This document shows, piece after piece, positions 44,748 through 55,412 of a stretch of 64,000 nucleotides of DNA. The notes beneath the pieces were generated by a model. That model ran no database searches. It saw only the letters and a program-made list of their open reading frames with translations, and had not been told where the DNA came from. The position numbers and the translations under genes are program-made. Source of the stretch: a virus; IMG/VR virus record IMGVR_UViG_3300010399_000034, positions 1 to 64,000 of that record, one strand, 5' to 3'. The stretch's first letter is position 1, and each line of letters starts with the position of its first letter.

Positions 44748-46547
44748 GTGCACCTTACAATCTACGCGCGCAAATCCGAGAACGAGCGGCCGAAGGACCG
44801 GCCGATCCACGTCCGGAAGCACGGCGCGTTCGCGACGTCTGCGGGCGGAGGGCCGTCGTACCCGGCGACCGTATCGCTCCGCTTCGAGCTCGAAGAAGAA
44901 GCGAAATGGGGCCATCCCGTCGTCTGGATCAGTAACATGTCCGCGGATGAAGCGGCCGAGCTCGGGAGCATGCTGCTCAACGCAGCCGATCGCGCTCGCG
45001 CGCTCGCACGAGGGGAGAAGTAGCCATGGATCGCAACGCTGCTGATTACGATCGATACCACGGGCCGGACGCGCGGGAGAAGCCCGCTACGATCAAGGTC
45101 GAGATCGAGATCGACGAATCAGAGGTCATGGCGTGCATCGAGTCCGCGCTCGGGAGTCACACCTACGGGATCGGCTACTGGGGCGAAGTGAAGTACGGAG
45201 AACACGCGACGTGCGTCCGCGAGCGCGAAGACGAGGAGGATCCCGAAGTGCCGGGACCCTGGCGCGCACTCGACGATGCTGCGATCAAGCGTGGTCTCGC
45301 CGTGCTCGCGAGGATTCAACCCAAGCTCTTCGGACGATTGCTCGCCGGACAGGGCGATGGACCGCTCGGCGATCTCTTGATCCAGTGCGCGCTATTCGGA
45401 GAGGAGCGTTACGGATGAGCCGGAAGATCGTTCACACGATGAGCGACGGAACGAGGATCGAGCTCGAACGCGAGGCGTACGTCTCCGTCATTGCAACAGA
45501 CGCGCGCAGCGCGCTCGCGTTCTTCGGATTCCGCCCTGGCGAAGCGTGGGCGGTCGACGCCGGCCCGCCGGCCGATCCGCACCGCTGGAAGCCGAACGCG
45601 CGCCGCTGGCACGTGTACCGCAACAAGGGGGACATGCCGTCATGAACACGCTCCCGCCGCGCCGAGCTACGTTCGGACGCTGCCACGCGTGCAAGGTGAT
45701 CTGGCGCTGGCCGAGTCACAAATACGCCCGTGTGCGCGATGCGCACTGCCCGCGATGCGGCACCAAGCTCGCACGGACTGCCGAAGCGCTCGTGAAGCGC
45801 ATTCCCGTTGTCGATGGAACGCCAACCTTTCGCCGGAGCATGCTCGGATGAAAGACGAAGATCGCAGACCGCTCGCGCAGATCGCGCGTAGCATCGAGCT
45901 CCGCCGCGCCGAGATCCTCTTTCCCGGAGGTGGAGCCGGGCCCGAAGGCGATGCGTCACGAGACGCATCGGAGTGTCCGCTCGCCGAGCAGCACTATCTG
46001 CTCGCGCTGAGCGCGCTCGAACAAGCCGAACGCCATTTCCTCCTTGCTGCGACGTTCGCCACACGCGCGATCGCGGAGAAGCAGGGCCGTCGATGAAGGT
46101 GACTGCTGAAGGCATCGAGCTGACCGGCGATGAAGTCGCTACCGCGATCGACGCCTATCTCGTGGCGCACAACGTTCACGTGAGCGGGCCGCGCACGATC
46201 CGCGTCAATGGCGAGCTGTGCAAGACCGGGCTCGTCTACGTAGACCCATCGGGGTTCGTCAACTACGACGGAGAGATCTTCCGGACCATGAGGCAACGAT
46301 GACAATCTGGCTTGCATGGGACCACGAGCACCACGTCGGGCGCGGTGGAGTCCTCGAGATCTTCGCCTCGCGCGAAGCGGCGCTGCGCTTCCTTCAGGAG
46401 CGCGTTGCCGTCCTCGTGGACTCGTGCGGCTTCGAGCTCGAATACGCGCGAAGCGAATGGCGCCTCGCTGAAGCGGAGCTTCAGTCGTCGGGACGATACG
46501 TCTTTCCGAGCGCCGTCATGCCTGGAGCATGGGCCTCGTCCGGTTGA
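44748..46547 (+). other. Run of seven small translationally coupled hypothetical genes (44748-45023, 45026-45418, 45415-45645, 45642-45851, 45848-46096, 46093-46302, 46299-46547)
   Basis: Successive ATGA overlaps; 45642-45851 has a CxxC..CxxC Zn ribbon. Confidence 0.6.
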
Positions 46548-46578
46548 GCACCACGCACCCACGTTGTACGCTCGAGGC

Positions 46579-47214
46579 GTGCCCTGCACATACTATCCGC
46601 CCGTTGCGCCCGGACTCGGCCGACTGAGCTCGCGCTACGGCGTGCGGCCTGCGCGCCGGCCTCCACACGCGCCGACGTTCCACGCGGGGATCGACATCTC
46701 GATCCCTGGCCATCGGCCCGGCGAGGTTCCCGTCTACTCGGTCGCGGATGCGCTTGTCGAGCGTCTGCCGCTCCATACGACGCGCAGAGGCCCGTTCGAC
46801 GGCTACGGGAACGCTGTCGTCCTGAAGCACATCGGCTCGGCCGATGCGGGCTTCTGGACGTTCTATTGCCACCTGGACCACCACGCGCCGTACATGCAGC
46901 AGTTTCTCGGAACGCAGCGCGTGCTGCCTGCCGGATCGGTGGTCGGGTTCGTTGGTAACACGACGAACGACAAGTTTCCGGGGATGCACTGGCACCTCCA
47001 TTTCGAGGTGCGTCACGCGACGCGTGCAGGCGCCTCGCCGCTCCCGGGACCGTATCAGGTCTACAACGACGACCCGCAAGCGTGGTTGGCACAGCGCGGG
47101 ATCACGTTCTCCGGCGCGAATATCGTGGTCGACGGGCAACGCGCATGCGTTCCTGTCTACGCGCTCTCGGACGCGTTGGTACGTCAAGCGCTCCTCGTGG
47201 GAGGTAACGCGTGA
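46579..47214 (+). CDS. M23 family metallopeptidase (endolysin-like); start uncertain
   Basis: FHAGIDI (HxxxD), GYGNAVVLKH, YCHL, HWHLHFEV (HxH). Confidence 0.85.
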   Translation: MPCTYYPPVAPGLGRLSSRYGVRPARRPPHAPTFHAGIDISIPGHRPGEVPVYSVADALVERLPLHTTRRGPFDGYGNAVVLKHIGSADAGFWTFYCHLDHHAPYMQQFLGTQRVLPAGSVVGFVGNTTNDKFPGMHWHLHFEVRHATRAGASPLPGPYQVYNDDPQAWLAQRGITFSGANIVVDGQRACVPVYALSDALVRQALLVGGNA

Positions 47215-47351
47215 ATCCCGAATACGAGCCCGTGATGGACGATCCGGATCTCGCCGTCAGCTTCGACTGGAAGGTGTTCGGTCTCGCGCTCGTTGGGGGC
47301 GTGAGCGTGCTCGGCCTCGGTTACGGATTGTGGCTCGCTTTCCGGAGGTAA
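47211..47351 (+). CDS. 46-aa tail-anchored membrane peptide (not in ORF track)
   Basis: GGAGG RBS, GTGA overlap; ...FDWKVFGLALVGGVSVLGLGYGLWLAFRR*. Confidence 0.55.
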   Translation: MNPEYEPVMDDPDLAVSFDWKVFGLALVGGVSVLGLGYGLWLAFRR

Positions 47352-47354
47352 CCC

Positions 47355-47630
47355 GTGAGCGAACGAGCGAAGGCGATGATCGAGCTCGTAGAGCGCGACT
47401 CGTGGGACGATCTCGATCCGGCAGAGCGCGCCGTGTTCGGCGAATGGCTGCGCGAGATCGTCTACAACCCGACGACAGGCAAGATGGAGCAGCACCTCGC
47501 CGAGGGACACGACCTCTATCTGCTGCTGCGCTCCGCGTGGCGGAAGTGGACGCGCAAGGTACGCACCTCGAGCTCGCAAACGTTCCAGTCGATCAAGGAC
47601 ACGCCGAAGCTGCCTGACGACGAGAAGTGA
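47355..47630 (+). CDS. Hypothetical protein
   Basis: GGAGG RBS, GTG start. Confidence 0.55.
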   Translation: MSERAKAMIELVERDSWDDLDPAERAVFGEWLREIVYNPTTGKMEQHLAEGHDLYLLLRSAWRKWTRKVRTSSSQTFQSIKDTPKLPDDEK

Positions 47631-47858
47631 GCGTTGCGTGAAGCCGCGCTTCCTATTTCGCAGCGCACGACGTGCGAAGGACAGCTCGCCAACGGTGCGG
47701 ATCAACCTGACGAATACGAAGCTCGAAGCCGCGGATAAACTGGCGCTTCGGATCGCCGACTACTTCAACGCGCCACCGGATTCGGCTGAACGTGCAATCG
47801 CACGTGACCGCGTGCTTCTCGCACTCGAGAACTATCACGAGCTCCGCCGAACGCCCGG

Positions 47859-48695
47859 CTAGAGCACGACGAACGGGCGGATCTCGTCGATCACTTCGAG
47901 CGCGTACGCGTGCTTGAAGCGAAAGAAGTGTTTGCCCGCCCAGAAGCGGATGTGGTTACAGCCCACGCCAGTCGCGCTCGCGATCGCCTTCATCATCGCG
48001 TCGTGCGGTGGCAGGTTGGTGAAGCGCTGATGGTAAGCTGCGTGCCCCGAGACGATGCGCTGCTTCGGGAAGCGCTCGCGCGCGAGAAGGATCGATTCAC
48101 GCGGGTAGCGATCGGGGCCGAGCGGCCCGAACGCTGGGACCGCCTGCCCGTCGTGCGATGCGACCGCGTAGTTCTGTGAGACGAGCACATCGGCGAGCTT
48201 CACGAGCTCGGCCGCGCTGGAATAGGCGCTCGGGAAGACGGTGACCTCGGTGCGCACGCCCGGCTTTCGTAGAACGCGCATCGTGTCCGCCGCCGCTTCG
48301 CCGAGCGTCGCGTAGCCGACCAGAAACTTCTTCGCCCATTTGCCGGCGGGTTCCGCATCGGCCTCGATTGCGATCGGCTTGAGCGCGTCGGCAAGCTCCA
48401 TGATCTTCGCCTCGAGCTCGGCGATCGGATGCTTCTGCGCGGGTGTCCACACCGTCATGATCCGATCGTGCGCCGGGAACGCAGCGAAGAACTCTTTCAA
48501 CTGTGCGGCGCTCCAACGCGCGTCCTTGATCCCTGGCTTGGGCCCGTCGACCATGACGGCGAGCTCGCGGAACGGGAGCGCGTGGATCGCGTCGATGTAC
48601 GCCGGCTTGAGGACGTCGTGCGGAGGATCATCGATCCAAACTCCGAGCTTCAACGGACCGCACTGCACGAGCGCCTCTTTCAACACGCCGTCCAT
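47859..48695 (-). CDS. Putative glycoside hydrolase-like (TIM-barrel) protein
   Basis: Alternating beta/alpha pattern; IEADAE, VSQNY, IRFWA. Confidence 0.45.
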   Translation of the reverse strand: MDGVLKEALVQCGPLKLGVWIDDPPHDVLKPAYIDAIHALPFRELAVMVDGPKPGIKDARWSAAQLKEFFAAFPAHDRIMTVWTPAQKHPIAELEAKIMELADALKPIAIEADAEPAGKWAKKFLVGYATLGEAAADTMRVLRKPGVRTEVTVFPSAYSSAAELVKLADVLVSQNYAVASHDGQAVPAFGPLGPDRYPRESILLARERFPKQRIVSGHAAYHQRFTNLPPHDAMMKAIASATGVGCNHIRFWAGKHFFRFKHAYALEVIDEIRPFVVL

Positions 48696-48930
48696 GCCCC
48701 GCTCTCGTCTTTCTGGAGGACGACTTCGTAGCGTCCACCTACCGCAGCGTCTTCGACAACGAAAGCCACATGCGCGCAATCGACGTGGCCGTCTGGGCAG
48801 CTCTCCGCGCTGCCGAACTCGTTGCAGTACAAAGTCGCCAGCCGGACCAACGCCTCGTTGAGCGCTTCGTCCGTGTGAAGACTACGAGCTAGGGCCTGCC
48901 GTGGGTACTCTTCAGCAAACCAGATGCGCA

Positions 48931-49548
48931 TCACCGCCTCCAGATCATCCAGCCGAGCCAGCCGAGCATGCCCACGATGCCGACCGTGCCGATGATCGCA
49001 GCGACGCGGCTCGGCGGATCGGTTGGAAGAAGGTGAACGCCGAAGATCTGCTGCTCGAGACGACGAGCCCACGTGCGGCTTCCTTCGCGCGTGAAGTGCA
49101 CGCCGTCTTGTGTGTGCGGAAGATCGGCAGTCATCGCACCGCCGTCGATCCAGTCGAAGCCGAGCTGTCCGCTCATCACACGCTGCTGCGCGTCGACTTC
49201 GCGCTTGCGCGTCTGGATCTCTGGCACGCTCGAATGCGCCGGTCCTACCCAGACGATCCGTGGCGTGCCGTACGTACGAAGCTGCGCGACGACGAGCCGG
49301 ATCTTGTCGCGTAGCGCGTCGACCGGCATGTCGTTTCCGCCGAGCACGACGACGACGAAGCTCGGCCGACCTTGCACGACGTCGACCGCGGCACGTGTCG
49401 CAGCGAAGCGCGACGTGCTCCACCCGACGTTGCCGATGTAGCCGTCGAGTGCAAAGCCGTGCGCAGCGAAGAACTCGCGCAGATGCGGCTCGAGCCCCAC
49501 GGCTTGCGAATCGCCGATCAACGCCCAGGTGTGTGCGACGTCGCTCAT
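48931..49548 (-). CDS. SGNH/GDSL hydrolase with C-terminal membrane anchor
   Basis: LIGDS, GNVG, LGGND, DGVHF blocks; C-terminal TM plus RR. Confidence 0.85.
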   Translation of the reverse strand: MSDVAHTWALIGDSQAVGLEPHLREFFAAHGFALDGYIGNVGWSTSRFAATRAAVDVVQGRPSFVVVVLGGNDMPVDALRDKIRLVVAQLRTYGTPRIVWVGPAHSSVPEIQTRKREVDAQQRVMSGQLGFDWIDGGAMTADLPHTQDGVHFTREGSRTWARRLEQQIFGVHLLPTDPPSRVAAIIGTVGIVGMLGWLGWMIWRR

Positions 49549-50020
49549 GTTTCCTCTGGAAGCGGCAACGGAGTGAAGACTTCGTCGGCTTTGCTCAACG
49601 CCTCTCGACGCGTATCCCATAACCCGATCCGAAGAAGCGCGGCTCCGGGCGGACGCGGCTTCGGCCCGTCCACGCCGAGATGGAACGTGTTCCCGTGCTG
49701 ATAAACGAGCACGGTAAAGGGCCCATAGCTCTTTGCCTGGATCGGCTTCGTGAGCGACATGCTTCAGTCCTTCGGAGGCGGCGCGTAGCCGACGAACTTC
49801 ACAGCGCCGCCACAAGCACAACGCGCATCCGTCGCCCGCCTGAAAGTCGTTCCAACGAGGATGTCCGTGACACCACCAAGCCGCGCTCCGCACTTCTCGC
49901 ACTTCCAGAACGAGCCCCACTTCGCCTGGAAGGCGTCACGCTGCCGCTTCAACGCAGCACGTTGCGCAGCACGCATCTGCTCGGACAGCTCCACCACACG
50001 CGCATCGAGCTCGGCTTGAT

Positions 50021-50635
50021 TCATCGGTGCCTCCAGATGAACCAAGCTGCCGTACCGAAGACCGCGAGTCCAGCGACGAAGCCGCCAACGACGTACGGCC
50101 AGGTGCTCGGTCCGAGCGCGACGTAGTTGTTCGGCCAGCGCGCCGATTCGGGCGTGATGATGTAGCAGCAGCCAACGAGCTGCGAGCCAGGATGCGCGGC
50201 AACGTATTCCCGCGCACGATCGCCGACGGCGAAGTTGACCACGCGAGGAACAGGATTGGCGAGCGATCCCTTGCTCAGTGCAGCAATCGCCGCCTTCACG
50301 TCGGCGCTGAACGTCGCCGGATCGCGCGAGCTCATCTCTTCGCGTCGATCGAGCAGACGCTCGGCACAGTCCGGAGTGCCGTAGCCGCTTCCACCCGTCG
50401 CGCACTTGTCCCCGCCACGCATCCATCGCGGATTGACCGGCTGGCTGAACGCGCGAACGAAGCTCGTCAGCGTCGGAAATGTGTGCCTGAACGCGGGCAG
50501 CGAGAAGCGCTGAAGCATCGCCCAGATGACGGCTCGCGGGTCGCCCCCTTCGCCCTGCGCCGCACGACCGAGCCAGAGGAGATCTTCCGCTGTGATCTCG
50601 TAGTCCTTCTTCCCGTCGATGTAGAGCGCCGTCAC
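50021..50635 (-). CDS. Cell-wall hydrolase-like (SleB/Hydrolase_2-like) protein with C-terminal anchor
   Basis: LLWLGRAAQGEGG..AVIWAMLQR resembles LAR....EA.GE...AV..V..NR; TM plus RHR. Confidence 0.45.
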   Translation of the reverse strand: MTALYIDGKKDYEITAEDLLWLGRAAQGEGGDPRAVIWAMLQRFSLPAFRHTFPTLTSFVRAFSQPVNPRWMRGGDKCATGGSGYGTPDCAERLLDRREEMSSRDPATFSADVKAAIAALSKGSLANPVPRVVNFAVGDRAREYVAAHPGSQLVGCCYIITPESARWPNNYVALGPSTWPYVVGGFVAGLAVFGTAAWFIWRHR

Positions 50636-50731
50636 GCCTACAGAGTACGACGAGGCCGGAAAAGAGGCTACCTGACGCTAGCGCGAAGGAACGCGGAGCA
50701 GCCGACTTGATCAGTTGCTCCGCTCGATGGC

Positions 50732-52216
50732 TCAGAGATGCGACTCGAGAATGTACGCAGTGATGTCGTCGACATCGCCAGGAGAGAGGATGAACGCCTC
50801 CCAGTTCGGATCGCCGAAGGCACGCAGTGCGAGCGCGACTTGTTCGCTGCCGACCGCCACCGCGTCGACCTGATCGTGCACGGTCGCTTCCACATTGTCG
50901 TGCAAGAAGCGCTGCCGATGCGAGACGCCGCGCAGGGTCGCGATCATGAACTGTGGAAGCGCAACGCCTGGCGACAAGCCGCACGAGGCGGGGACCTCGC
51001 CACACGGATCCCCGGTGCGCAGCGGACGCCCCGGATCATGCGCGTGGATAACGAACTCACCTGCGGGCGTCGCGAAGCGGTACGTGCGGAAGGGCAGCTC
51101 GGCCGTCGGTTGCAGCCCGCCCATCGCCGACGTGCGGTGAAGGCAGACTAGGCCGACGCCCGGGTAGTCGATAGGACCCTCCATGTCGACGTACGGCGCG
51201 CAGGTCCCGCTCGGACCAGGGGGCTGTCCGTTCGAACACGGGCATCCACCAGACGGGAGCGGCGGATACGGCGGCTGAAGCGGGTTGAACGGTGAAGTAC
51301 GCATCATCATCGGACCGCCGTGGCAGCTCGCGCAGAAGCCACGATGCGCCATGTCCGTGCTCAACATGGGTTGCTCGATCAAGAACTCGCGACCGCGCAG
51401 ACACGCTGCCGTCGCGTGCGGAGGGCACTCCGGCGGACCGGGCTCCGCGCCACCACGCGCCATCTCCGCGAGCTCGGGCGAGCTGAAGAGCGAACGCTGG
51501 AAGTTCGCGATGTCCGTTCGCTGCTGAGCGGTGAACGGGATCGTCGGCTGGAAGTGATCGTTGAGCGCGCTCCCAGCTTGATGCGCAAGCTCGAGCTCCC
51601 GCCCATCCCACATGATCCCGCCTCCGCGGTGATAGCCGAGCGGCGCGGTGCCGGGCTCCTTGAGCGCGACATTCAAGACGTGCGGTGAGGAGCGCCGTAC
51701 GATCACCTGGATACGGCCGTCGGGCAGCATGGTGATGTCGGGGTCGGTCCCGAGCTCGTCCACCGTAACGTTCGGCGGCAGGATGACCGGGATGCGGATG
51801 AGCGCGTGATCACGCAACACCGAGAAGTCGGCGCCCACGCCATCGTTCGAATCGATCGACCTGAAGAGTGGGTCCGTCGGGTCGACTGCAAAGACGGCTT
51901 GCGCAAACTCGTCGCTCAGATCGAACGTCGCGTGCTCCTGGACGAAGTGTGCCCCAGTCAACGCAGCGAGAAGCGGCGGCTGCCCTTCCATGATCCCGGT
52001 TCGATAACCGATGTTGAATGCACGCTCGACGGTCGTATGACACGACGCGCACGCGCGTCCATTCGTCCCGGGAGGCGAGTTATTGAAGAGCGCCCGTCCT
52101 CTCGCGATGCTCGCCAGCATCGACAGGTCGAGATCAGCCTCCGTACGATCGACAGGACCCGGATCCGCACAACCGCAAATCAACGCAGCTACTAGTGTCA
52201 ACAAGACTTGTCGCAT
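50732..52216 (-). CDS. Di-heme cytochrome c peroxidase/MauG-like lipoprotein
   Basis: LICGC lipobox; two CxxCH (ACASCH, FCASCH); MWDGR; TLRGV...FLHD. Confidence 0.8.
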   Translation of the reverse strand: MRQVLLTLVAALICGCADPGPVDRTEADLDLSMLASIARGRALFNNSPPGTNGRACASCHTTVERAFNIGYRTGIMEGQPPLLAALTGAHFVQEHATFDLSDEFAQAVFAVDPTDPLFRSIDSNDGVGADFSVLRDHALIRIPVILPPNVTVDELGTDPDITMLPDGRIQVIVRRSSPHVLNVALKEPGTAPLGYHRGGGIMWDGRELELAHQAGSALNDHFQPTIPFTAQQRTDIANFQRSLFSSPELAEMARGGAEPGPPECPPHATAACLRGREFLIEQPMLSTDMAHRGFCASCHGGPMMMRTSPFNPLQPPYPPLPSGGCPCSNGQPPGPSGTCAPYVDMEGPIDYPGVGLVCLHRTSAMGGLQPTAELPFRTYRFATPAGEFVIHAHDPGRPLRTGDPCGEVPASCGLSPGVALPQFMIATLRGVSHRQRFLHDNVEATVHDQVDAVAVGSEQVALALRAFGDPNWEAFILSPGDVDDITAYILESHL

Positions 52217-52969
52217 GTTCTCTCCTTTGCGCGCCCAGTATGACGCACAGCTCCTATACCGTGGAGTCGTTACTTCACACGCACTGCGCGGTAGGCGCGG
52301 AGTGCGCGGTCGACCTCGCCGCCTGATTCGACGTGTGCACCCGGCCGAGTCGCCACCGCATCCGCGAGAGCGTCGGCGGCCTCGAGCTGCGCCAGAAACG
52401 CTGCGATCGCCGCCCGCTGTGTTGAAAGTCCGATGCGCGCATCATGGAGCTTGCGCTCAGCCGCGTTCGCGTCTTCATTCGCCTGCGTCAGCGCGCAGTC
52501 ACGGCAGTGGTTGCGTGCGTCGACTCCGTGCTCGCAGTTGTCCATCAGCCCATCTCTCCATTCAGCTTCGCGCGGAGGGCTTCGAGTGCATCGTCAAGCT
52601 CCAGCCTGGCCATCGACGCGTCGCGGCGGCCATCGCGCACCTCCACCGCCGCCCGCACGACGGCGACGATCTCAGCGTGAGCTCTCTCGTAAGCGCCTCG
52701 AGCGATGGCCTGATGAAAAACGTCGGCCATCGTGCCGGTGCTCGACAGTCCGGCGAGCCAACACGCAATCGGATCAGGCATGGGACCAGCGGACTCGACG
52801 TGACTCGCTTTGACGGCAAGGCCCGCAACATCCACGCGCGGTCCGTAGCACACGGCAGCGATTGACTCGGCGCGTACGCAGCGACACGGGTGTGTGGCGC
52901 TGACGTCGGAAACGAAGCCGCGTCCGCAACACCACAAGCACTTGCTATCGACCGTGAGGATGTGGCGTG

Positions 52970-53458
52970 TCATCCGTACGCCCCGCTGAGCCAGACATCG
53001 AGCTCAGGCTCTACGAGCACGAAGCGATCGTCGAGATGGCGCTCGAGGATTGGAAGCACGTCGGCCTTGCGAAGACGCCCATTGCCGCAGCCAACGAGCG
53101 GCAGAGCGACAGAGGAGCCGTCCAGCGTGAGCGCCGCGAGCTGGCGCGCCGAGCGTTCGATGAGCTCGAGCGAGCTGTCCTGCCGCCACGACAAGAACGG
53201 AAACTGCGTGACGAGTGGCTTAGTCGGGAAGAAGATCATGTCGGATACGCCAATCGTCACAGGCGTCTCTTCGCCGCCACGCATGCACTCGCGCCCCCAC
53301 CACGTCTCGTAATCGTACGAGCCCAAATCGCAGAGCTGCTTCGCGATGCCGCGGCCCATGACGGCCTTGCCGTTGCGGCGCCACCCGATGTTGACCGGGA
53401 TCACGCGGTACTTGCAGCCGTGCTCTTCCGCCCAGAGATCGCTGTAGACGTGCCGCAT
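52970..53458 (-). CDS. Macrodomain (ADP-ribose binding/hydrolase) protein
   Basis: IPVN...AVMGRGIAKQ, FFPTK..W...S.LE.I, VALPLVGCGNGRL. Confidence 0.8.
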   Translation of the reverse strand: MRHVYSDLWAEEHGCKYRVIPVNIGWRRNGKAVMGRGIAKQLCDLGSYDYETWWGRECMRGGEETPVTIGVSDMIFFPTKPLVTQFPFLSWRQDSSLELIERSARQLAALTLDGSSVALPLVGCGNGRLRKADVLPILERHLDDRFVLVEPELDVWLSGAYG

Positions 53459-53811
53459 CACTTCGGCTCGACGCACGGCTCGAACCGCTTCTCGAACACG
53501 TCTTGTCGAATCTTCGTCTTCCGTTGCGTTCCGACGCGCGCCACAACGACGTAGCGCTGACTCGCACGTTCGTGTCTGAAGCCGACAACCTTGACGATTC
53601 TGTGTTCGCGCTTGTCCTTGTCGCGATACAGCTGTCCAACCTCGATCTTCATCGCGGCACCGCCCTTCCAACGCCGCTTACAATACGAGAAAGGAAGAGG
53701 CCCGTCCAGCATTGTTTACTGTGCGGGCCTCACAGCGGGATCGAGCACGCTCGTCCCGGCCAAGTCAGTGGCTTGGAGCTATGGCTTTGGGGGTCTTGCA
53801 AGACTAGCGCA

Positions 53812-54402
53812 TCAAGACGGGTCTGCCAACGCGTATCCCGTGTTCAACGTTCCGCGGCAAACGAGCGGCACGAGTCCGTGCGCGAGCGCGTTCGCGTGAT
53901 CCTCCGCCGAGCCCCATGTGAATACTGCGCCGTCACAGGGCTCGAGCCGAAGTCGCCCAGTGACAAGCCGAAGCGAAACAGTACGGATCTGCTGCCAGCG
54001 ACGCGTGAAGCGGCCCCACTCGAGATCTTCAGGCCAGCCTTCCGGCTGTGTGTCGTTGTCCTGCAAGTAGCGACTGTACCTACAGTTGCCTTGTGCTTCT
54101 TGTTCGCTCATCGGCCGATCGGTGAGCACGCACGACGAGTGCGCACGAAGCCACGCGAGTCGACTCTCGTCGGTGCGCGCTCTGTTTCGCGCGGCCTGCC
54201 AGATGAGGGCACAATCCTCTGGAGCTGCCGCAGAGAGGCTCGCCTCGTTCACGCATACGCGGCTCACTGCCAACGCAAGCTCGCGTTGCACTTCGTCTTG
54301 CGCATGCCCGTGCGGCGGTGATACGCAGAGACAGAGCTGCGGGACGATCAATGCAACGAGCAGCCAGAACCCGACTTCGAGCTTTTCCATACAACCCTCC
54401 AA
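53812..54402 (-). CDS. Secreted/membrane protein, possibly cell-wall hydrolase-like
   Basis: N-terminal hydrophobic segment; LAVSRVCVNEAS...ALIWQAARNR resembles 50021-50635. Confidence 0.45.
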   Translation of the reverse strand: MEGCMEKLEVGFWLLVALIVPQLCLCVSPPHGHAQDEVQRELALAVSRVCVNEASLSAAAPEDCALIWQAARNRARTDESRLAWLRAHSSCVLTDRPMSEQEAQGNCRYSRYLQDNDTQPEGWPEDLEWGRFTRRWQQIRTVSLRLVTGRLRLEPCDGAVFTWGSAEDHANALAHGLVPLVCRGTLNTGYALADPS

Positions 54403-54433
54403 CCCGCCGTCGTAGGCGAATAGACGAGGGCGG

Positions 54434-54595
54434 TCAAGCTCGGCGACGTCGGGCGCGATCGCGATTCACGGTGGCGGCTGCGATTCGCTTACAGACGATC
54501 GCGGCTTTCTTCGTGCGGCGACGAGCGCGCTTACAAGACACGAGGATGTGCTTGTATTTGCGCTCGTCTTTTGCCGTCCACGAGCCGCGAGGCAT
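54434..54595 (-). CDS. Small basic protein
   Basis: MPRGSWTAKDERKYKHI...IAAATVNRDRA resembles a small conserved bacterial family (W..K.ER.Y.HI...IAA.TVN). Confidence 0.55.
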   Translation of the reverse strand: MPRGSWTAKDERKYKHILVSCKRARRRTKKAAIVCKRIAAATVNRDRARRRRA

Positions 54596-55041
54596 CAGCG
54601 CCGCCGCATCGCCTTGTAGGCGCGATATCCGCCCCAGCCGAGAAGACCGGCGCCGATCAGCACGTACGCCGTGCCCACGAGCGTCGAGCCGCCGAGGCCG
54701 GCGACCGGCGTTTCCATCGCGGGCGGCGCCGCTTCGGGCGTGCTCGAGAGGAAGAGCGTTCCGAGGCCGGCGCCGAGGCCCGCGAGCCCGCTCGAGAGCA
54801 GCGCTCCGGTTCCTGCCGCCTTCCACGAGCCCGCCGACGCGCCCGCGAGCGCGCCACCGTAGAGGCCCGCGCTCAGCATCACGCCGGCCGGCGCGATCGG
54901 GCCCATGCCCGCGATCATCTCTCCGGCCGCGTTGGCGCCTTGCGCAAGACCGCCTGTGAGCGGCTCCATGACCACTGCACCGAGCCCGCGCATGCCTGCC
55001 ACGTTCATCGGTCCGCAGTTCACACAGTTTCCTAGCATCAT
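54595..55041 (-). CDS. Gly-rich membrane protein with MRGLG motif
   Basis: Three hydrophobic segments; C-terminal RRR. Confidence 0.65.
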   Translation of the reverse strand: MMLGNCVNCGPMNVAGMRGLGAVVMEPLTGGLAQGANAAGEMIAGMGPIAPAGVMLSAGLYGGALAGASAGSWKAAGTGALLSSGLAGLGAGLGTLFLSSTPEAAPPAMETPVAGLGGSTLVGTAYVLIGAGLLGWGGYRAYKAMRRR

Positions 55042-55412
55042 GATGTTGCTCTCCTGATCCAGTAGTAGCCGACCATGCCGGCCGTGATCGTCGCGGAACC
55101 GGCGAACGAAAGCCCGAGGAGCTCGTAGACGCTCAGATCGATCCGCATGACCTTCGAGGTCACCCAGATCCCCGGGATGATGAAGCAGCCGCGCAGAAGC
55201 GTCAGGCCGACAAGACGAAGCATCGAGCCTGACTCCCCGTCGAGGACCGCGAGGACGGCGTAGCTCGAGGGCGGCGAGCCATGCTCACCTGTCGGAGAGG
55301 CTTGCTGCGCGGGCGTGTCTTGCCCGAGCGGCATCGTGGGCGGGCCGAAGCCCTGCCGCCACATCGGCGCGATGCGCATGAAACCTTGCGTACGGAACGC
55401 GTCTTCCATCAC
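55038..55412 (-). CDS. Two-TM membrane protein
   Basis: Hydrophobic segments; basic tail. Confidence 0.6.
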   Translation of the reverse strand: MMEDAFRTQGFMRIAPMWRQGFGPPTMPLGQDTPAQQASPTGEHGSPPSSYAVLAVLDGESGSMLRLVGLTLLRGCFIIPGIWVTSKVMRIDLSVYELLGLSFAGSATITAGMVGYYWIRRATS

